Shown: positions 39,528 to 49,958 of the stretch, piece after piece
Layout: each line of letters starts with the position of its first letter
How positions within the stretch are numbered: position 1 is the stretch's first letter
From: Candidatus Kutchimonas denitrificans
Lineage (GTDB): Bacteria > Gemmatimonadota > Gemmatimonadetes > Palauibacterales > KS3-K002
Direction of reading: 5' to 3'
Assembly (NCBI GenBank): GCA_011774835.1
Contig: JAACAK010000083.1
Span: forward strand, 104,263-158,800
DNA length: 54,538 nucleotides
Notes under the pieces: generated by a model
Databases searched by the model: none
What the model was told of the DNA's origin: nothing
Seen by the model: the letters and a program-made list of their open reading frames with translations, nothing else
Program-made: the position numbers and the translations under genes

Positions 39528-40649
39528 CTAGGTGCCCACTCTGACGACCGCCGAGACCTTCAATTCCGTCTCGAGCGATTGGCCAGGTGTGAAGCGACTC
39601 AGGTTGCCGGCTCGCGTCCCGGAAGCGACGCCGCGATAGCCCACGTACACCTCGACGAAACCCGCGAACTGCTCGATCTCCGCCACGGTCAACGTTCCCG
39701 TCTGCGGCTGGTCCGACACGAAGCTCAGCGCGTCGAGGCGCACCTCGCGGGCCGGGTCGCCGGAGAACAGGTCGCCGGGCGAGCCGGCGATCGAGACCTC
39801 GAGCGTTCCCGCGATCTCGATGTCGTGGATCAACTGGAGCTCGTACGCGCCCTCCTGCACGCGCTCGGCGATCTCGGTGCGGATGTCCTCGTCGAAGTCG
39901 ACGAAGAACTGCTCGTCCAGCGTCTCGTTGTCGACCACCGCCGTGATCGCGGCCACGGAGATCTGATCGAGAATTCCGCCCACCGTGATGCTCAGGCTGT
40001 TGTCGATCTGCACCGTCTGTCCATCGTCCGGCGAATGCACGTTGAGCACCAGACGGACACCCTGAGTGATCTCGGCGTTCGTGATGTCGAGGATGACGCT
40101 CTTGCGCGTGTTCGCCGGCAGGCTCTCGACGTTGCCGTCGATGAACACGCTGTCCAGCAGGGCACCGCTCCCCAGATCACGGACCGCTATGGCAAGGAAG
40201 CCGCCGGCCCCGGGGCGCAGCGGATCGAAGTTGAGCTGGTTGTCGACGAACAGTTCCAGCTGCGCCGAAACGATCTCGATCGAGGCCAGGTCGGGGTCCA
40301 GCGGCACATCGAACGAGTCCTGGTAGTCGAAGCTCGGCACGGGCGCCACCGTGCCGTCCACACACGACGGACACATCGTGCCCAACGTGTAGCTCACGCT
40401 GTCCGCCTGCGGGGCGACGACGAACGCCCGTTGACCGTCCACCGTCGCCGTGTCCACCGCCGCCGGCAGGAAATCGACCACCGTGATCGGGTCCGAACTG
40501 AAGGGGACACTGACGCCCACGTCCCACTCCGGCGCCTGGGGCACCTCGCACGCGGTCATCATCATCATCATCATCGTCAGGGCGACGCCGACCCGCGCGA
40601 ACGACCCGCGGCGCGCGTCACCTCTTGCCGATCCTATGATGGATAGCAC
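39528..40649 (-). CDS. Hypothetical beta-rich lipoprotein
   Basis: Signal ending MTAC-EVP; acidic beta-rich body; start uncertain. Confidence 0.65.
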   Translation of the reverse strand: MLSIIGSARGDARRGSFARVGVALTMMMMMMTACEVPQAPEWDVGVSVPFSSDPITVVDFLPAAVDTATVDGQRAFVVAPQADSVSYTLGTMCPSCVDGTVAPVPSFDYQDSFDVPLDPDLASIEIVSAQLELFVDNQLNFDPLRPGAGGFLAIAVRDLGSGALLDSVFIDGNVESLPANTRKSVILDITNAEITQGVRLVLNVHSPDDGQTVQIDNSLSITVGGILDQISVAAITAVVDNETLDEQFFVDFDEDIRTEIAERVQEGAYELQLIHDIEIAGTLEVSIAGSPGDLFSGDPAREVRLDALSFVSDQPQTGTLTVAEIEQFAGFVEVYVGYRGVASGTRAGNLSRFTPGQSLETELKVSAVVRVGT

Positions 40650-40875
40650 CGGATTACCTCCGCATTCCGTTTGTGGGGAGAGGGCGATGATCGAGCCCGA
40701 AGGCTCGTGCAGGCGGGGCGGAAACCGTTGTCGTTCAGGGAGTTGCAGCCGACCCCGGTCGTCCGGCCAGGAGCTTCCACTCCCGACGCCCTAGCTACCC
40801 CGCCCCCGGCGGAAAGTTTCCGCCGCCTGGCCCCATCCTGCCAACGAGCGCCACCGTCGCATATATTCAGCGCCT

Positions 40876-42711
40876 ATGGACCCAAAGGCAGAGGGGGGCG
40901 ATACCCGGTTGAACACGGCGCGAATCCGCAATTTCTGCATCGTAGCACACATAGACCACGGGAAGTCGACGCTGGCCGACCGACTGCTCGAGCGGACCGG
41001 TGCGGTCGATCCCCGGCTGATGAAGGAGCAAGTCCTGGACTCGATGGACCTGGAACGGGAGCGTGGGATCACGATCAAGGCGCACGCGATCCGGTTCGGC
41101 TACGAGGCGGCGGACGGCGAGACGTACGAACTGAACCTGATCGATACGCCGGGGCACGTGGACTTCACGTACGAGGTGAGCCGCAGCCTGGCGGCGTGCG
41201 AGGGTGCGATCCTGGTGGTGGACGCGAGCCAGGGGATCGAGGCGCAGACGCTGTCGAACCTGTTTCTGGCGCTGGAGGCGGACCTGACGGTGGTGCCGGT
41301 GATCAACAAGATCGACCTGCCGGCGGCGGAGCCGGAGCGGCGGCGCGGGGAGCTGGCGGAGCTGCTGGGCTGCGAGGAGGAGGAGATCCTTCTGGTGAGC
41401 GCGAAGCAGGGGACGAATGTGGAAGCGGTGCTGGAGGCGGTGGTGTCACGGGTGCCGCCGCCGTCGGGCGATCCGGAGGCGCCGTTGCGGGCGCTGATCT
41501 TCGACTCCCAGCACGACAACTACCAGGGGGCGGTGCCGTTGGTGCGGGTGGTGGACGGTGCGGTGCGGGAAGGGATGGAGATCGCGTTCGGTTCGAACGA
41601 TTCGGTCTACGAGGTGCGGGAGGTGGGGTACCTGCGGTTGGGTGCGGTGGCGACGCGGGAGCTGTCGGCGGGCGAGGTGGGCTACCTGGCGGCGGGTATC
41701 AAGTCGATCGCCGACACGAAGGTCGGTGACACGGTGCTCGACGCGAACGATCGAGCGGAGAAGCTGCTGCCGGGCTATCGTGAGGTGAAGCCGATGGTGT
41801 TCGCGGGGCTCTATCCGGGTGACACCGGCGAGTACGAGCGACTGCGCGGCGCGCTGGAGAAGCTCAAACTGAACGACGCGTCGATTCATTACGAGTTCGA
41901 GACCAGCGAGGCGTTGGGCTTCGGTTTCCGTTGCGGGTTCCTGGGGCTGCTGCACATGGAGATCGTGCGGGAGCGGCTGGAGCGCGAGTTCGATCTCGAA
42001 CTGGTGAGCACGGTGCCGAACGTGGAGTACCGGGTGCACTGCAAGGACGGAGCGCAGGTCGAGGTGGAGAACCCGTCGAAGATGCCGGACGCGGGCAAGA
42101 TCGCCGGTGTGGAGGAGCCTTACGTGCGGCTGCGGCTGCTGCTGCCGGCGGAGTACATCGGTGGCGTGCAGAAACTGTGTCAGGATCGTCGAGGCGAGTT
42201 CGGGCAGCTGGTTTACATCGACGGGCAGCGGGTCGAGATGACGTATGATCTTCCGCTAGCGGAGATGGTGCTCGATTTCTACGAGAAGCTGAAATCGCTG
42301 ACCCGTGGCACGGGCGGCCTGGACTACGACCTGCTGGGCTTCCGGGAGAGCGACATGGTGAAGCTCGACGTGATGCTGAACGGCGAGCCGGTGGACGCGC
42401 TGAGCATGATCGTGCACCGGGACAAGGCGTACCGCTATGGACGTTCGCTGGTGGAGCGGCTGCGGGAGATGATCCCTCGCCAGCTGTACGAGGTGGCGAT
42501 TCAGGCGGCGGTGGGCAGCCGGGTGATCGCCCGGGAGACGGTCCGGCCGCTGCGCAAGAACGTGACGGCGAAGTGCTACGGCGGCGACGTGACCCGCAAG
42601 CGCAAGCTCCTGGAGAAGCAGAAGGAAGGCAAGCAGCGGATGAAGCAGGTGGGCCAGGTCGAGGTCCCGCGCGAGGCGTTTCTGGCGATGCTCGAGGTGG
42701 GTCGGGAATGA
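40876..42711 (+). CDS. lepA: Elongation factor 4
   Basis: [64 protein letters not shown]; alternative TTG start 40909. Confidence 0.98.
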   Translation: MDPKAEGGDTRLNTARIRNFCIVAHIDHGKSTLADRLLERTGAVDPRLMKEQVLDSMDLERERGITIKAHAIRFGYEAADGETYELNLIDTPGHVDFTYEVSRSLAACEGAILVVDASQGIEAQTLSNLFLALEADLTVVPVINKIDLPAAEPERRRGELAELLGCEEEEILLVSAKQGTNVEAVLEAVVSRVPPPSGDPEAPLRALIFDSQHDNYQGAVPLVRVVDGAVREGMEIAFGSNDSVYEVREVGYLRLGAVATRELSAGEVGYLAAGIKSIADTKVGDTVLDANDRAEKLLPGYREVKPMVFAGLYPGDTGEYERLRGALEKLKLNDASIHYEFETSEALGFGFRCGFLGLLHMEIVRERLEREFDLELVSTVPNVEYRVHCKDGAQVEVENPSKMPDAGKIAGVEEPYVRLRLLLPAEYIGGVQKLCQDRRGEFGQLVYIDGQRVEMTYDLPLAEMVLDFYEKLKSLTRGTGGLDYDLLGFRESDMVKLDVMLNGEPVDALSMIVHRDKAYRYGRSLVERLREMIPRQLYEVAIQAAVGSRVIARETVRPLRKNVTAKCYGGDVTRKRKLLEKQKEGKQRMKQVGQVEVPREAFLAMLEVGRE

Positions 42712-43745
42712 GCGGCCGAATCTACGTGCGGGCACCGGACGCGCTCGACGAGCTGATCCTGGCGCTGCCGGCCCTGCGGCGGTTGTCGGAGCGAGAGGCC
42801 GGGGAGGGCGGGGAGGGTGGGGGGGCCGGAGATGGCGGCTCCCGGGTCGACATCTGGTGCCCGCTTTCGCTGACGCCCGTCCTCGAGATGGCCGGCCTGC
42901 CGGCGGAGATTATCCCGTTGCCGAGGCAGCCGGCGTGGAAGACGGCGCGCTGGCTCCGGGGCTCGGGCTATTCGGGTGCGTATCTGTTCAGCCGCGCCCC
43001 GGCTGCGGCCCTGGCCGTTCGCCTCGCCGGGATCCCGCGGCGCGGCCGGGCGGCCGCCTACCGGGCGGGGAAGGGAGAGCATCGAAGCGTCGAGTACCTG
43101 CGGATCGTCGATCCGGAGTGGAGTGAAGGGCGGCCCGCGCCGGCGCGGCTGGAGGTGCCGATCCGGGCGCGGGAGGATTTCCGGCGCCTGGTGACGGGCC
43201 GCTTCGAGCGCCCGGCCGTGGCGATCGTTCCGGGCTCCCGGGCCCCGGCCCGACGTTGGCCGGAGGGCCGCTTCACCGCGCTGGCCGGGCTGCTGAGCGG
43301 CGACGTCGGCACGGTGGTGGCGTTCGGCGGCCCGGGTGACGAGGTGCTGGCGGCGCGGGTGGCCGCCGGGGGTGGCACGCGAGGCGTGGACCTGGGCGGT
43401 CGCACCAGCCCCACGGTCTTCGCGGCGGGCTTGTCGGAGTGCGATGTTGCCGTGGCCAACGACAACGGGGCGCTGCAGTTGGCGGCGGCGGTGGGAGCGC
43501 CGGGCGTGGGGATCTTCGGGCCGCGGAGCCCGGGGCGGTTCGGGCCGCCGGTCGCCGGGATCCAGGCGCTGTGGCACTCGATGTTGCCGTGCGCGCCGTG
43601 TGGCCGTGAGGGCTGTCGTCGTTTCGGTCGCGGCTCGATCCTGTCGGAGGCGCGGGACGAGTGCACGCAGTTGATCGCGGTCGAGGCGGTGGCCCGGGCG
43701 GTGAGAGAACAGTTAGAGGAAGCGAGGGCGACGAGCGATGTCTAG
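42708..43745 (+). CDS. Glycosyltransferase family 9 (heptosyltransferase-like)
   Basis: PGS..PARRWP, DLGGRTS, VANDNG, GIFGP, PCAPC; ATG 42708 overlaps the lepA stop. Confidence 0.8.
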   Translation: MSGRIYVRAPDALDELILALPALRRLSEREAGEGGEGGGAGDGGSRVDIWCPLSLTPVLEMAGLPAEIIPLPRQPAWKTARWLRGSGYSGAYLFSRAPAAALAVRLAGIPRRGRAAAYRAGKGEHRSVEYLRIVDPEWSEGRPAPARLEVPIRAREDFRRLVTGRFERPAVAIVPGSRAPARRWPEGRFTALAGLLSGDVGTVVAFGGPGDEVLAARVAAGGGTRGVDLGGRTSPTVFAAGLSECDVAVANDNGALQLAAAVGAPGVGIFGPRSPGRFGPPVAGIQALWHSMLPCAPCGREGCRRFGRGSILSEARDECTQLIAVEAVARAVREQLEEARATSDV

Positions 43746-44733
43746 GTCGAAAGCCGATTGGATCGTCGGAGTCGATATCGGCGGTACCAACATCAAGGTC
43801 GGTGTGGTCCCGTTCGACGGTGGCACGCCGCTGGCCGTGCGCGTCGAGCGCACCGAGGTGCAGCGCGGCGCCAAGTTCGTGGTCGATCGCGTGGTCAAGA
43901 TGATACAGGACGCCATCGAGGAGGTGGCCAAAGCGGAAGGCGCGGGCACGGATGCCTTCGCGGGGATCGGGATCGGCTCGCCCGGCCCCCTCGATCGCCG
44001 TACCGGCACGGTCATCTCCACGCCGAATCTCGGGTGGCGCAACTTCCCGTTGCGCGACCTGATCCGGAACGCGGTTGGCCTGCCGGCCACCCTGGACAAC
44101 GACGCCAACGCGGCGACCTACGGCGAATGGTGGCAGGGCGCGGGCCGCGATGTGGACACCGTGGTCGGCGTCACCCTGGGCACTGGCATCGGTGGTGGCA
44201 TTGTGCTGAACGGCGTGCTTCATCACGGTGCCTCCGACGCGGCAGGCGAGCTGGGCCACATGACTATCGACTCGACGGGCCGCAAGTGCAACTGCGGCAA
44301 CTACGGCTGCCTGGAGGCCTACGCCTCGGGCCCCGCCATCGCCGCCCGGGCGATCGAAGGTCTCGAGGCCGAGGTCCCCTCGCTGTTGCCCGAGCTGGCC
44401 GGCGACCCGAACAGCATCACGGCGGAGACGGTCTACGACGCCGTCGTGCAGGGTGACCCGTACGCGACGGAGGTGCTGCACGACACGGCGAAGTTCCTCG
44501 GTGTGGGGCTGGCCAATATCATCAACATCATCAATCCGGACCTGCTGGTGATCTCCGGCGGCGTGACCAAGGCCGGGGACCATCTGTTCGAACCGCTGCG
44601 GGCGGAGATCCGCAAGCGGGCGTTCCGCGTCGCCGAGCAGGCCTGCAAGATCGTGCCGTCGTCGTTGAACGGCACCGCCGGGATCATCGGTGCGGTGGCC
44701 TGCTTCAAGAAGGAGACCTACGGGAGCGTATGA
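43738..44733 (+). CDS. ROK family sugar kinase (glucokinase-like)
   Basis: GVDIGGT, GIGSPG, DNDANAA, TLGTGIGGG, GELGH, CNCGNYGCLEAYAS; no HTH. Confidence 0.93.
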   Translation: MSRSKADWIVGVDIGGTNIKVGVVPFDGGTPLAVRVERTEVQRGAKFVVDRVVKMIQDAIEEVAKAEGAGTDAFAGIGIGSPGPLDRRTGTVISTPNLGWRNFPLRDLIRNAVGLPATLDNDANAATYGEWWQGAGRDVDTVVGVTLGTGIGGGIVLNGVLHHGASDAAGELGHMTIDSTGRKCNCGNYGCLEAYASGPAIAARAIEGLEAEVPSLLPELAGDPNSITAETVYDAVVQGDPYATEVLHDTAKFLGVGLANIINIINPDLLVISGGVTKAGDHLFEPLRAEIRKRAFRVAEQACKIVPSSLNGTAGIIGAVACFKKETYGSV

Positions 44734-44885
44734 GCGAGGGCTCGCGTCGGGGCCGCCCTCCCATTAGCTTGAGCGGCGGTACCTACCTGTTCCGCTCGCA
44801 GCATCCGCTCACGTATCAGGCGGGCCCGTCACGGTTCGGGCCCACGCGACGGGGACGGTGACACGGGGCTCAGCGGCCTGAAAGC

Positions 44886-45839
44886 ATGCGCGTCCTCGGA
44901 ATCGTTGGCACCATGGTGTGGGATACGATCTGGCGTGACGACGACGTCGGGTCACCGGTGGAGGAGTGGGGAGGAATCACCTACGCGCTGGCAGCCGCCG
45001 ATGCGGTCCGGCCGCCGGACCTCGAGGTCCGGCCGGTGATCCGGTTGGGTCGCGACCTTTCCCAGCGCGGCCTCTCGTTTCTGGGCGAGCTGACGTCCAT
45101 CGACACCTACGACACGCTCTCGATCGTCGACGAGCCGAACCCGCGGGTGGAACTGCATTACCGCGGGCAGGAGCGCCGCTGCGAACGACTGCACGGCGGC
45201 GTGTCGCCGTGGAGCTGGTCCGAGCTGGAGGCGCGGGTGCACGGGTGCGACGCCCTCTACGTCAACTTCATCACCGGCCGCGAGCTCGACCTGTCCGTCG
45301 CCCGCCGGCTGCGCGAGACGTTCGCAGGGCCGATCTATGCCGACATCCATTCGCTCATGCTCGCCACGGGACCGCAGGGCGAGCGGCGGCTTCGGCCACT
45401 GGAGCGCTGGGCGGACTGGCTGGAATGCTTCGATGTCGTGCAGGTCAACGAGGACGAGCTGCGGACGCTGAGCGCCCATTGGGGCGATCCCTGGGCGTTC
45501 GCGGCCGACGTGGTCGGGCGTCGAACGCGCCTGCTGTTTGTCACGCTGGGCGCCGGCGGTGCCGTCTATTTCATCACGGCCGGCTCGTCGCCCCTCGACG
45601 GACCGCTCCGGCGCGATGCGCCCGTGCAGACCGGCAAGCTGGCCGTCGAGCCGTTGGAGGGTGGGGACCCGACGGGGTGCGGCGACGTGTGGGGTGTCAC
45701 GGCGATGTGTGGGCTGCTGGCGGGTCGCGGCGTGGAGGACTCGATGCGCCGGGCGAACGCGGCGGCCCGACGCAACGTGTCGCATTGCGGCGCGTCCGGG
45801 TTGAATCGATACTTGAGAGGCGAGCTCGAGCGTGCTTGA
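44886..45839 (+). CDS. PfkB/ribokinase-like carbohydrate kinase
   Basis: WGGI, QVNEDE, VTLGAGG, DPTGCGDVW anion-hole motif. Confidence 0.8.
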   Translation: MRVLGIVGTMVWDTIWRDDDVGSPVEEWGGITYALAAADAVRPPDLEVRPVIRLGRDLSQRGLSFLGELTSIDTYDTLSIVDEPNPRVELHYRGQERRCERLHGGVSPWSWSELEARVHGCDALYVNFITGRELDLSVARRLRETFAGPIYADIHSLMLATGPQGERRLRPLERWADWLECFDVVQVNEDELRTLSAHWGDPWAFAADVVGRRTRLLFVTLGAGGAVYFITAGSSPLDGPLRRDAPVQTGKLAVEPLEGGDPTGCGDVWGVTAMCGLLAGRGVEDSMRRANAAARRNVSHCGASGLNRYLRGELERA

Positions 45840-45872
45840 GGGCGACGCGGTGATGCTTTCCGGGAGTGGCCG

Positions 45873-46796
45873 ATGACCTACGTGCTGGCGGCGCCGGACA
45901 CGCTGGACGAGCGGGGGTTCGAGTCCCTGGTTGCCGGCTGGAGCGAGGCGGAGGGGAACCGGCTGCTGCTCGACGCCCGTCACGTGCGCTGGGTGAGCCC
46001 GTACGGTGTGCTGGGGATGCTCGCCGTTGGGAGCGTGGCCCGGGCGTATTTCGGCGAGGCGCCACTGTTCCAGCCGCCGGAGAACCGGAACGTGGCCAGC
46101 TACCTGGCCCGCATCGGCTTCTTCGAGCACGCGGCGGAGATCTTCGAGCTGCCGGGTCGAATTCCGCGCCGGGCGGCGAAGGACTCGGAGGGACTGCTGG
46201 AGGTCACGGCGATCCGCTCGCATCAGGACGTCCACGAGGTGGTGGACCACGTGGAGACCCGGTCGGCGACGATCATCGGGAAGCGGTTGGGCTACCCGCC
46301 CACCGCGGTGCTGCACTTCAGCATGATACTGTCGGAGGTGTGCCAGAACATCGTCGAGCACGCGGAAGGCGATGGTTGGGTGGCCGCCCAGACCTACAAC
46401 TGGAAGCAGCGGGTCGGCGGTGTGGTCGTGGTGATCGCCGTGATGGACATCGGGATGGGTTTTCGGGGATCGCTGGCCCGGGAGCACGCGCAGCGGTTCG
46501 GGGAGACCTGGTCGGACCGCAAGGCGCTGGAGGCGGCGTTCCTGCACGGCCTGTCCCGGTTCCGCGACCCGGGTCGCGGGCAGGGGCTGCAGGGGATCCG
46601 CAAGCAGACCTCGCGTTGGAACGGGCTGTGCACGATTCGGAGCGGCACGGCCCAGATCGCCGAGGTGCCCGACTGGATCGACCGGGCGCCGATCGTCAGC
46701 GGGTTGCCGGATTTTCCGGGCGCCCAGATACAGGTGGTATTGCCGGAATTCGTCCCGCCGGATGAGAACCGACGAGGAGGGCGTAGGAATGCATAG
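45873..46796 (+). CDS. STAS-like + HATPase_c (anti-sigma-type kinase) protein
   Basis: N-terminal LLLDARHVRWVSPYG; GHKL boxes SEVCQNIVEHA, VMDIGMG, GRGQGL. Confidence 0.75.
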   Translation: MTYVLAAPDTLDERGFESLVAGWSEAEGNRLLLDARHVRWVSPYGVLGMLAVGSVARAYFGEAPLFQPPENRNVASYLARIGFFEHAAEIFELPGRIPRRAAKDSEGLLEVTAIRSHQDVHEVVDHVETRSATIIGKRLGYPPTAVLHFSMILSEVCQNIVEHAEGDGWVAAQTYNWKQRVGGVVVVIAVMDIGMGFRGSLAREHAQRFGETWSDRKALEAAFLHGLSRFRDPGRGQGLQGIRKQTSRWNGLCTIRSGTAQIAEVPDWIDRAPIVSGLPDFPGAQIQVVLPEFVPPDENRRGGRRNA

Positions 46797-47439
46797 TGGC
46801 TTGGGCGGTGGTGTGCGGACGGTGCTTCGAACTTCGGTGGCGACGCTCTACAGCAATCTGGTGACCCGGCCGACGGGTGAGGCGGTGCGGACCGCCATCG
46901 AACGACAGATCGAGGAGTCGCGGGCACCGTGCCTCTCGATCCTCGACTTCACCCATGTCGGCGTGCTCGACCTGAGCTGTGCCGACGAGGTCATCGCCAA
47001 GCTGCTTCTCAAGTACCGCCGGCCCGACCGGCCGGCCGAGGTCTTCTTCGTCGTGCAGGGCGCCAGCGAGCATCACCGCGACCAGATCGAGAGCGTGCTG
47101 GAGCGGCGCAACCTGGTGCTGGTGGCGCTGGACCGTCGGGGTCCGGCGCTGCTGGGGCGGACGCCGTCGCGCCTGAAAGAGGCGTGGCAGCATCTCGATC
47201 GTCTGGGCGCGACCGCCGTCGGCCAGTTCGCTTCCGAGCGCGGCGTCGCCGAGCCGGTGGCGAACTCGTGGCTCCGGCGACTAGCGGAATGGCGATTGGC
47301 CGTGCCGGATGGGCGAACGCGCTACGCGAGCCTGGGGTCGGCGATCGGGTCGGGCTATCCGGTCGGGCCGGGGGAGCTGCCCGGCCTGGCGGCGGACGGA
47401 GGGGTTGCTGGGTACGAGGAGGGCGGCGCGGTGCTTTAG
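46789..47439 (+). CDS. STAS-like (DUF4325-type) domain + probable winged HTH
   Basis: LVTRPTGEAVR, ILDFTHVGVLDLSCADEVIAKL; C-terminal AVGQFASERG..EPVANSWLRRL. Confidence 0.6.
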   Translation: MHSGLGGGVRTVLRTSVATLYSNLVTRPTGEAVRTAIERQIEESRAPCLSILDFTHVGVLDLSCADEVIAKLLLKYRRPDRPAEVFFVVQGASEHHRDQIESVLERRNLVLVALDRRGPALLGRTPSRLKEAWQHLDRLGATAVGQFASERGVAEPVANSWLRRLAEWRLAVPDGRTRYASLGSAIGSGYPVGPGELPGLAADGGVAGYEEGGAVL

Positions 47440-47445
47440 AGGCGT

Positions 47446-47602
47446 GAATGGACGATGTTCAACGTTCAATGTGTAAGTCTCGAGTCGAACGGCATCAATG
47501 TGCACGTTCAATTTCCAACTCTCAATGACTTGGAAATTGACAATTGAGTCTGAACATTGATGCCGTTCGACTTGATAATTGAACGTTGAACATCGTCCAT
47601 TC
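47446..47602. repeat. 157-bp AT-rich nested palindrome
   Basis: 25-bp perfect IR 47446-47470/47578-47602, 19-bp IR 47483-47501/47554-47572, 11-bp IR 47508-47518/47530-47540. Confidence 0.92.
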
Positions 47603-47609
47603 GTTCTTT

Positions 47610-49958
47610 CTACGAACTCTGCCGGTAGTAATAATCCAGATAATAGCGGTCGGCGGCGCCCTCCGGCTTGATCAGGTTGAGCACCGAGCCCACCACACGA
47701 GCGTCCACTCGCTTGAGCTGCTGGACCGCCCGCCACGCCGCTCGCCTGTCGGTCTCGTCTGCCTTGAGAACCAGCACCGATCCGTCGGAGAGCGCGGCCA
47801 GCACGGCGGCGTCGGCGACGGCCAGCACAGGCGGCGCGTCCAGCAAGATCCAGCGATACTCCTCGCGCCAGGTGGCCAGCAGGTCGGCCATCGCCTGTGA
47901 TCCCAGCAGCTCCGACGGGTTCGGGGCGTGCTGGCCCGCCGGAAGAAAATCGAGGCCCTGACGGACCGCCGGTCGAATCGCTTCGCGGACGTCGACCTGG
48001 CCGACGAGTAACTCGGTGAGGCCCGGCGAGCGGAGGACATCGAAGGCGTCGTGGAGCTCGCCGCGGCGCAGGTCGGCATCGATCAGCAGGCTGCGGTCCC
48101 CCCGGGCGGCGAGCACCGCCGACAGGTTGGCGGCTGTGGTCGATTTCCCCTCGGCGGGCCCAGGGCTCGTGAAGACCAGGCTGCAGAGTAGTTCCTCCCG
48201 GGCGGTGGAGAAGGCCAGGTTGGTGCGCAGCACCCGGTACGCCTCGGCGGCCGAGCCTTCGGGCTCGCTGACGAGCACGACCTGGCTGCCCCGGTCGGCG
48301 ACGGTCTCCTCGATCCGCGGGATCCAGCCGAGCACCGGGATGCCGAGGGCCCTCTCCACATCGCTCGTCGAGTGAACGCTGCGATCCACGTACTCCAGGA
48401 AGAAGGCGGCCCCGACGCCCAGCAGCAGGCCCAGCAGGCCGCCGAGCAACACGTTCATCCGGCGGCCGCCGCTGATCGGCCAGGCGCGGCTCGCCGGATC
48501 GAGGACATCGACGTAGGGCGCGATCTCCGCCTCGGCGATCTGGGATTCCTGGTAGCGGGCCAGCAGGTACTTGTAGGTGTCGTTGTAGATCTCGACTTGC
48601 CCCTCGAGGCTCGATAGCTCGGTCTCGACGGCGGGCAGCGAGCGGAGCTCGCCCTGCAGACCCGCCAGCGACCGGCTCAGCGCGTCCATTCGGGTGTCGA
48701 TGGCCGATACCGCGTTGCCCGCCGCCTGCACCAGCTGCTCCTGCGTCTCGGCGATCCGCCGATCGAGACCCACGATCGCCGGGTGAGCCGGATCCTTCCC
48801 CAGCGGGCCCAGCTGGGCGCTCCGCTCCTCCAGCAGCTCGAGCAGCCGCTCGTAGTAGTAAGCGATCGTGCGGTTGACCTCCTCCGCGGAGACGAGGGCG
48901 AATTGCTGGACGTCACCCGGGTTCAACCCCTCGCGCCTGACCTTGTCCACCAGATCGGTGTAGAGGGCGCGCTCGACGAGGAGCGCCTCGATCTGATCCT
49001 GCAGAGTCGACATGCGCTGCAGGATGCGCGCTTCTTCCGAGTCCAGGCTGGTCAGATTGTTGCTCTGCTTGTAGGCCTCGACGGCGCGGAGCGCGCCCTG
49101 CAGATCCGCCGCGGCCTCCTCGAGCCGCTCGTTGATGAAGCGGGTGCGAGCCAGCGCCCAGTCACGCACGCGACGCACGCCGAGATCGCGCAACGCTTCC
49201 GCGGCCGTGTTGAGAATCGCGGGAACCAGCAACGGATCGCTGCCCGTATACGTGACGTCGATCAGGTTCGTCTCGGGCCGGATCGACGCCGCCAGGCCCC
49301 CGCTCACCATCGATTCCGCCGCGGTTCGCGGGATCACACGGAGCCGGTAGGTCCCGGCCTCGACGCCGGGTCGGACCGTCAGCGTACCGGCGGCGAAACC
49401 GATCGGCCGACCCACCTGGCCCGCGCTCGCCGAACCCTCGGCCTCCGACTCGATGGACACGCTCCCGTCGTCCTCCACCCGGATGCGGTGGATCGCCGCC
49501 GGGGCCTGCGGATCGAGCCGGATTCGCTCCAGCAGCAGACGGCGTGGTATGTCCAGGGAACGGGCCCGCAGCTGCAGGCTGTCGACGACCCAGTCGGCCA
49601 CCGCCTGGGTCGACAGCTGCTGCAGCTCCGACTCCACCGGATCGGTCCACAGCATGTTGGAGGTCACGTCCTGATCGCCCAGGTGGCCCATGCGGCCCCG
49701 GGGGTCGCCGACCTGGAGGGTCAGGGCCGAGCGATAGAGCTGCGGGCGTTGCGAGGCGGCCCAGAACGCTGCGGCCAGCGCGGCTACCGTGGTCAGCACG
49801 ACGAGCCAACCACGGCGCCGCACGATGCGCCAGTAGTCCTCCAGGTGGACGCGATCGTATGACGTTTCGATTTCGGCGTTGCCTGTGTTGGAAGGGCTCA
49901 CCGGTCGTTCCTGCGCTCTCCCACCCCACCTCCCACCGGACAGTGCCGTATCGGCCAT
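47610..49958 (-). CDS. Wzc-type polysaccharide co-polymerase / tyrosine autokinase
   Basis: Wzz-like N-terminal TM, coiled coil, AEAYRVLRTN, GPAEGKST, IDADLR, LDAPP, C-terminal YYLDYYY; start uncertain (up to 50036). Confidence 0.92.
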   Translation of the reverse strand: MADTALSGGRWGGRAQERPVSPSNTGNAEIETSYDRVHLEDYWRIVRRRGWLVVLTTVAALAAAFWAASQRPQLYRSALTLQVGDPRGRMGHLGDQDVTSNMLWTDPVESELQQLSTQAVADWVVDSLQLRARSLDIPRRLLLERIRLDPQAPAAIHRIRVEDDGSVSIESEAEGSASAGQVGRPIGFAAGTLTVRPGVEAGTYRLRVIPRTAAESMVSGGLAASIRPETNLIDVTYTGSDPLLVPAILNTAAEALRDLGVRRVRDWALARTRFINERLEEAAADLQGALRAVEAYKQSNNLTSLDSEEARILQRMSTLQDQIEALLVERALYTDLVDKVRREGLNPGDVQQFALVSAEEVNRTIAYYYERLLELLEERSAQLGPLGKDPAHPAIVGLDRRIAETQEQLVQAAGNAVSAIDTRMDALSRSLAGLQGELRSLPAVETELSSLEGQVEIYNDTYKYLLARYQESQIAEAEIAPYVDVLDPASRAWPISGGRRMNVLLGGLLGLLLGVGAAFFLEYVDRSVHSTSDVERALGIPVLGWIPRIEETVADRGSQVVLVSEPEGSAAEAYRVLRTNLAFSTAREELLCSLVFTSPGPAEGKSTTAANLSAVLAARGDRSLLIDADLRRGELHDAFDVLRSPGLTELLVGQVDVREAIRPAVRQGLDFLPAGQHAPNPSELLGSQAMADLLATWREEYRWILLDAPPVLAVADAAVLAALSDGSVLVLKADETDRRAAWRAVQQLKRVDARVVGSVLNLIKPEGAADRYYLDYYYRQSS

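Noticed and set aside
44730-44861. 43-aa ORF and small hairpins between the ROK and PfkB genes
   Set aside because: No motif or codon support; short GC-rich stems without a U-tract are expected by chance
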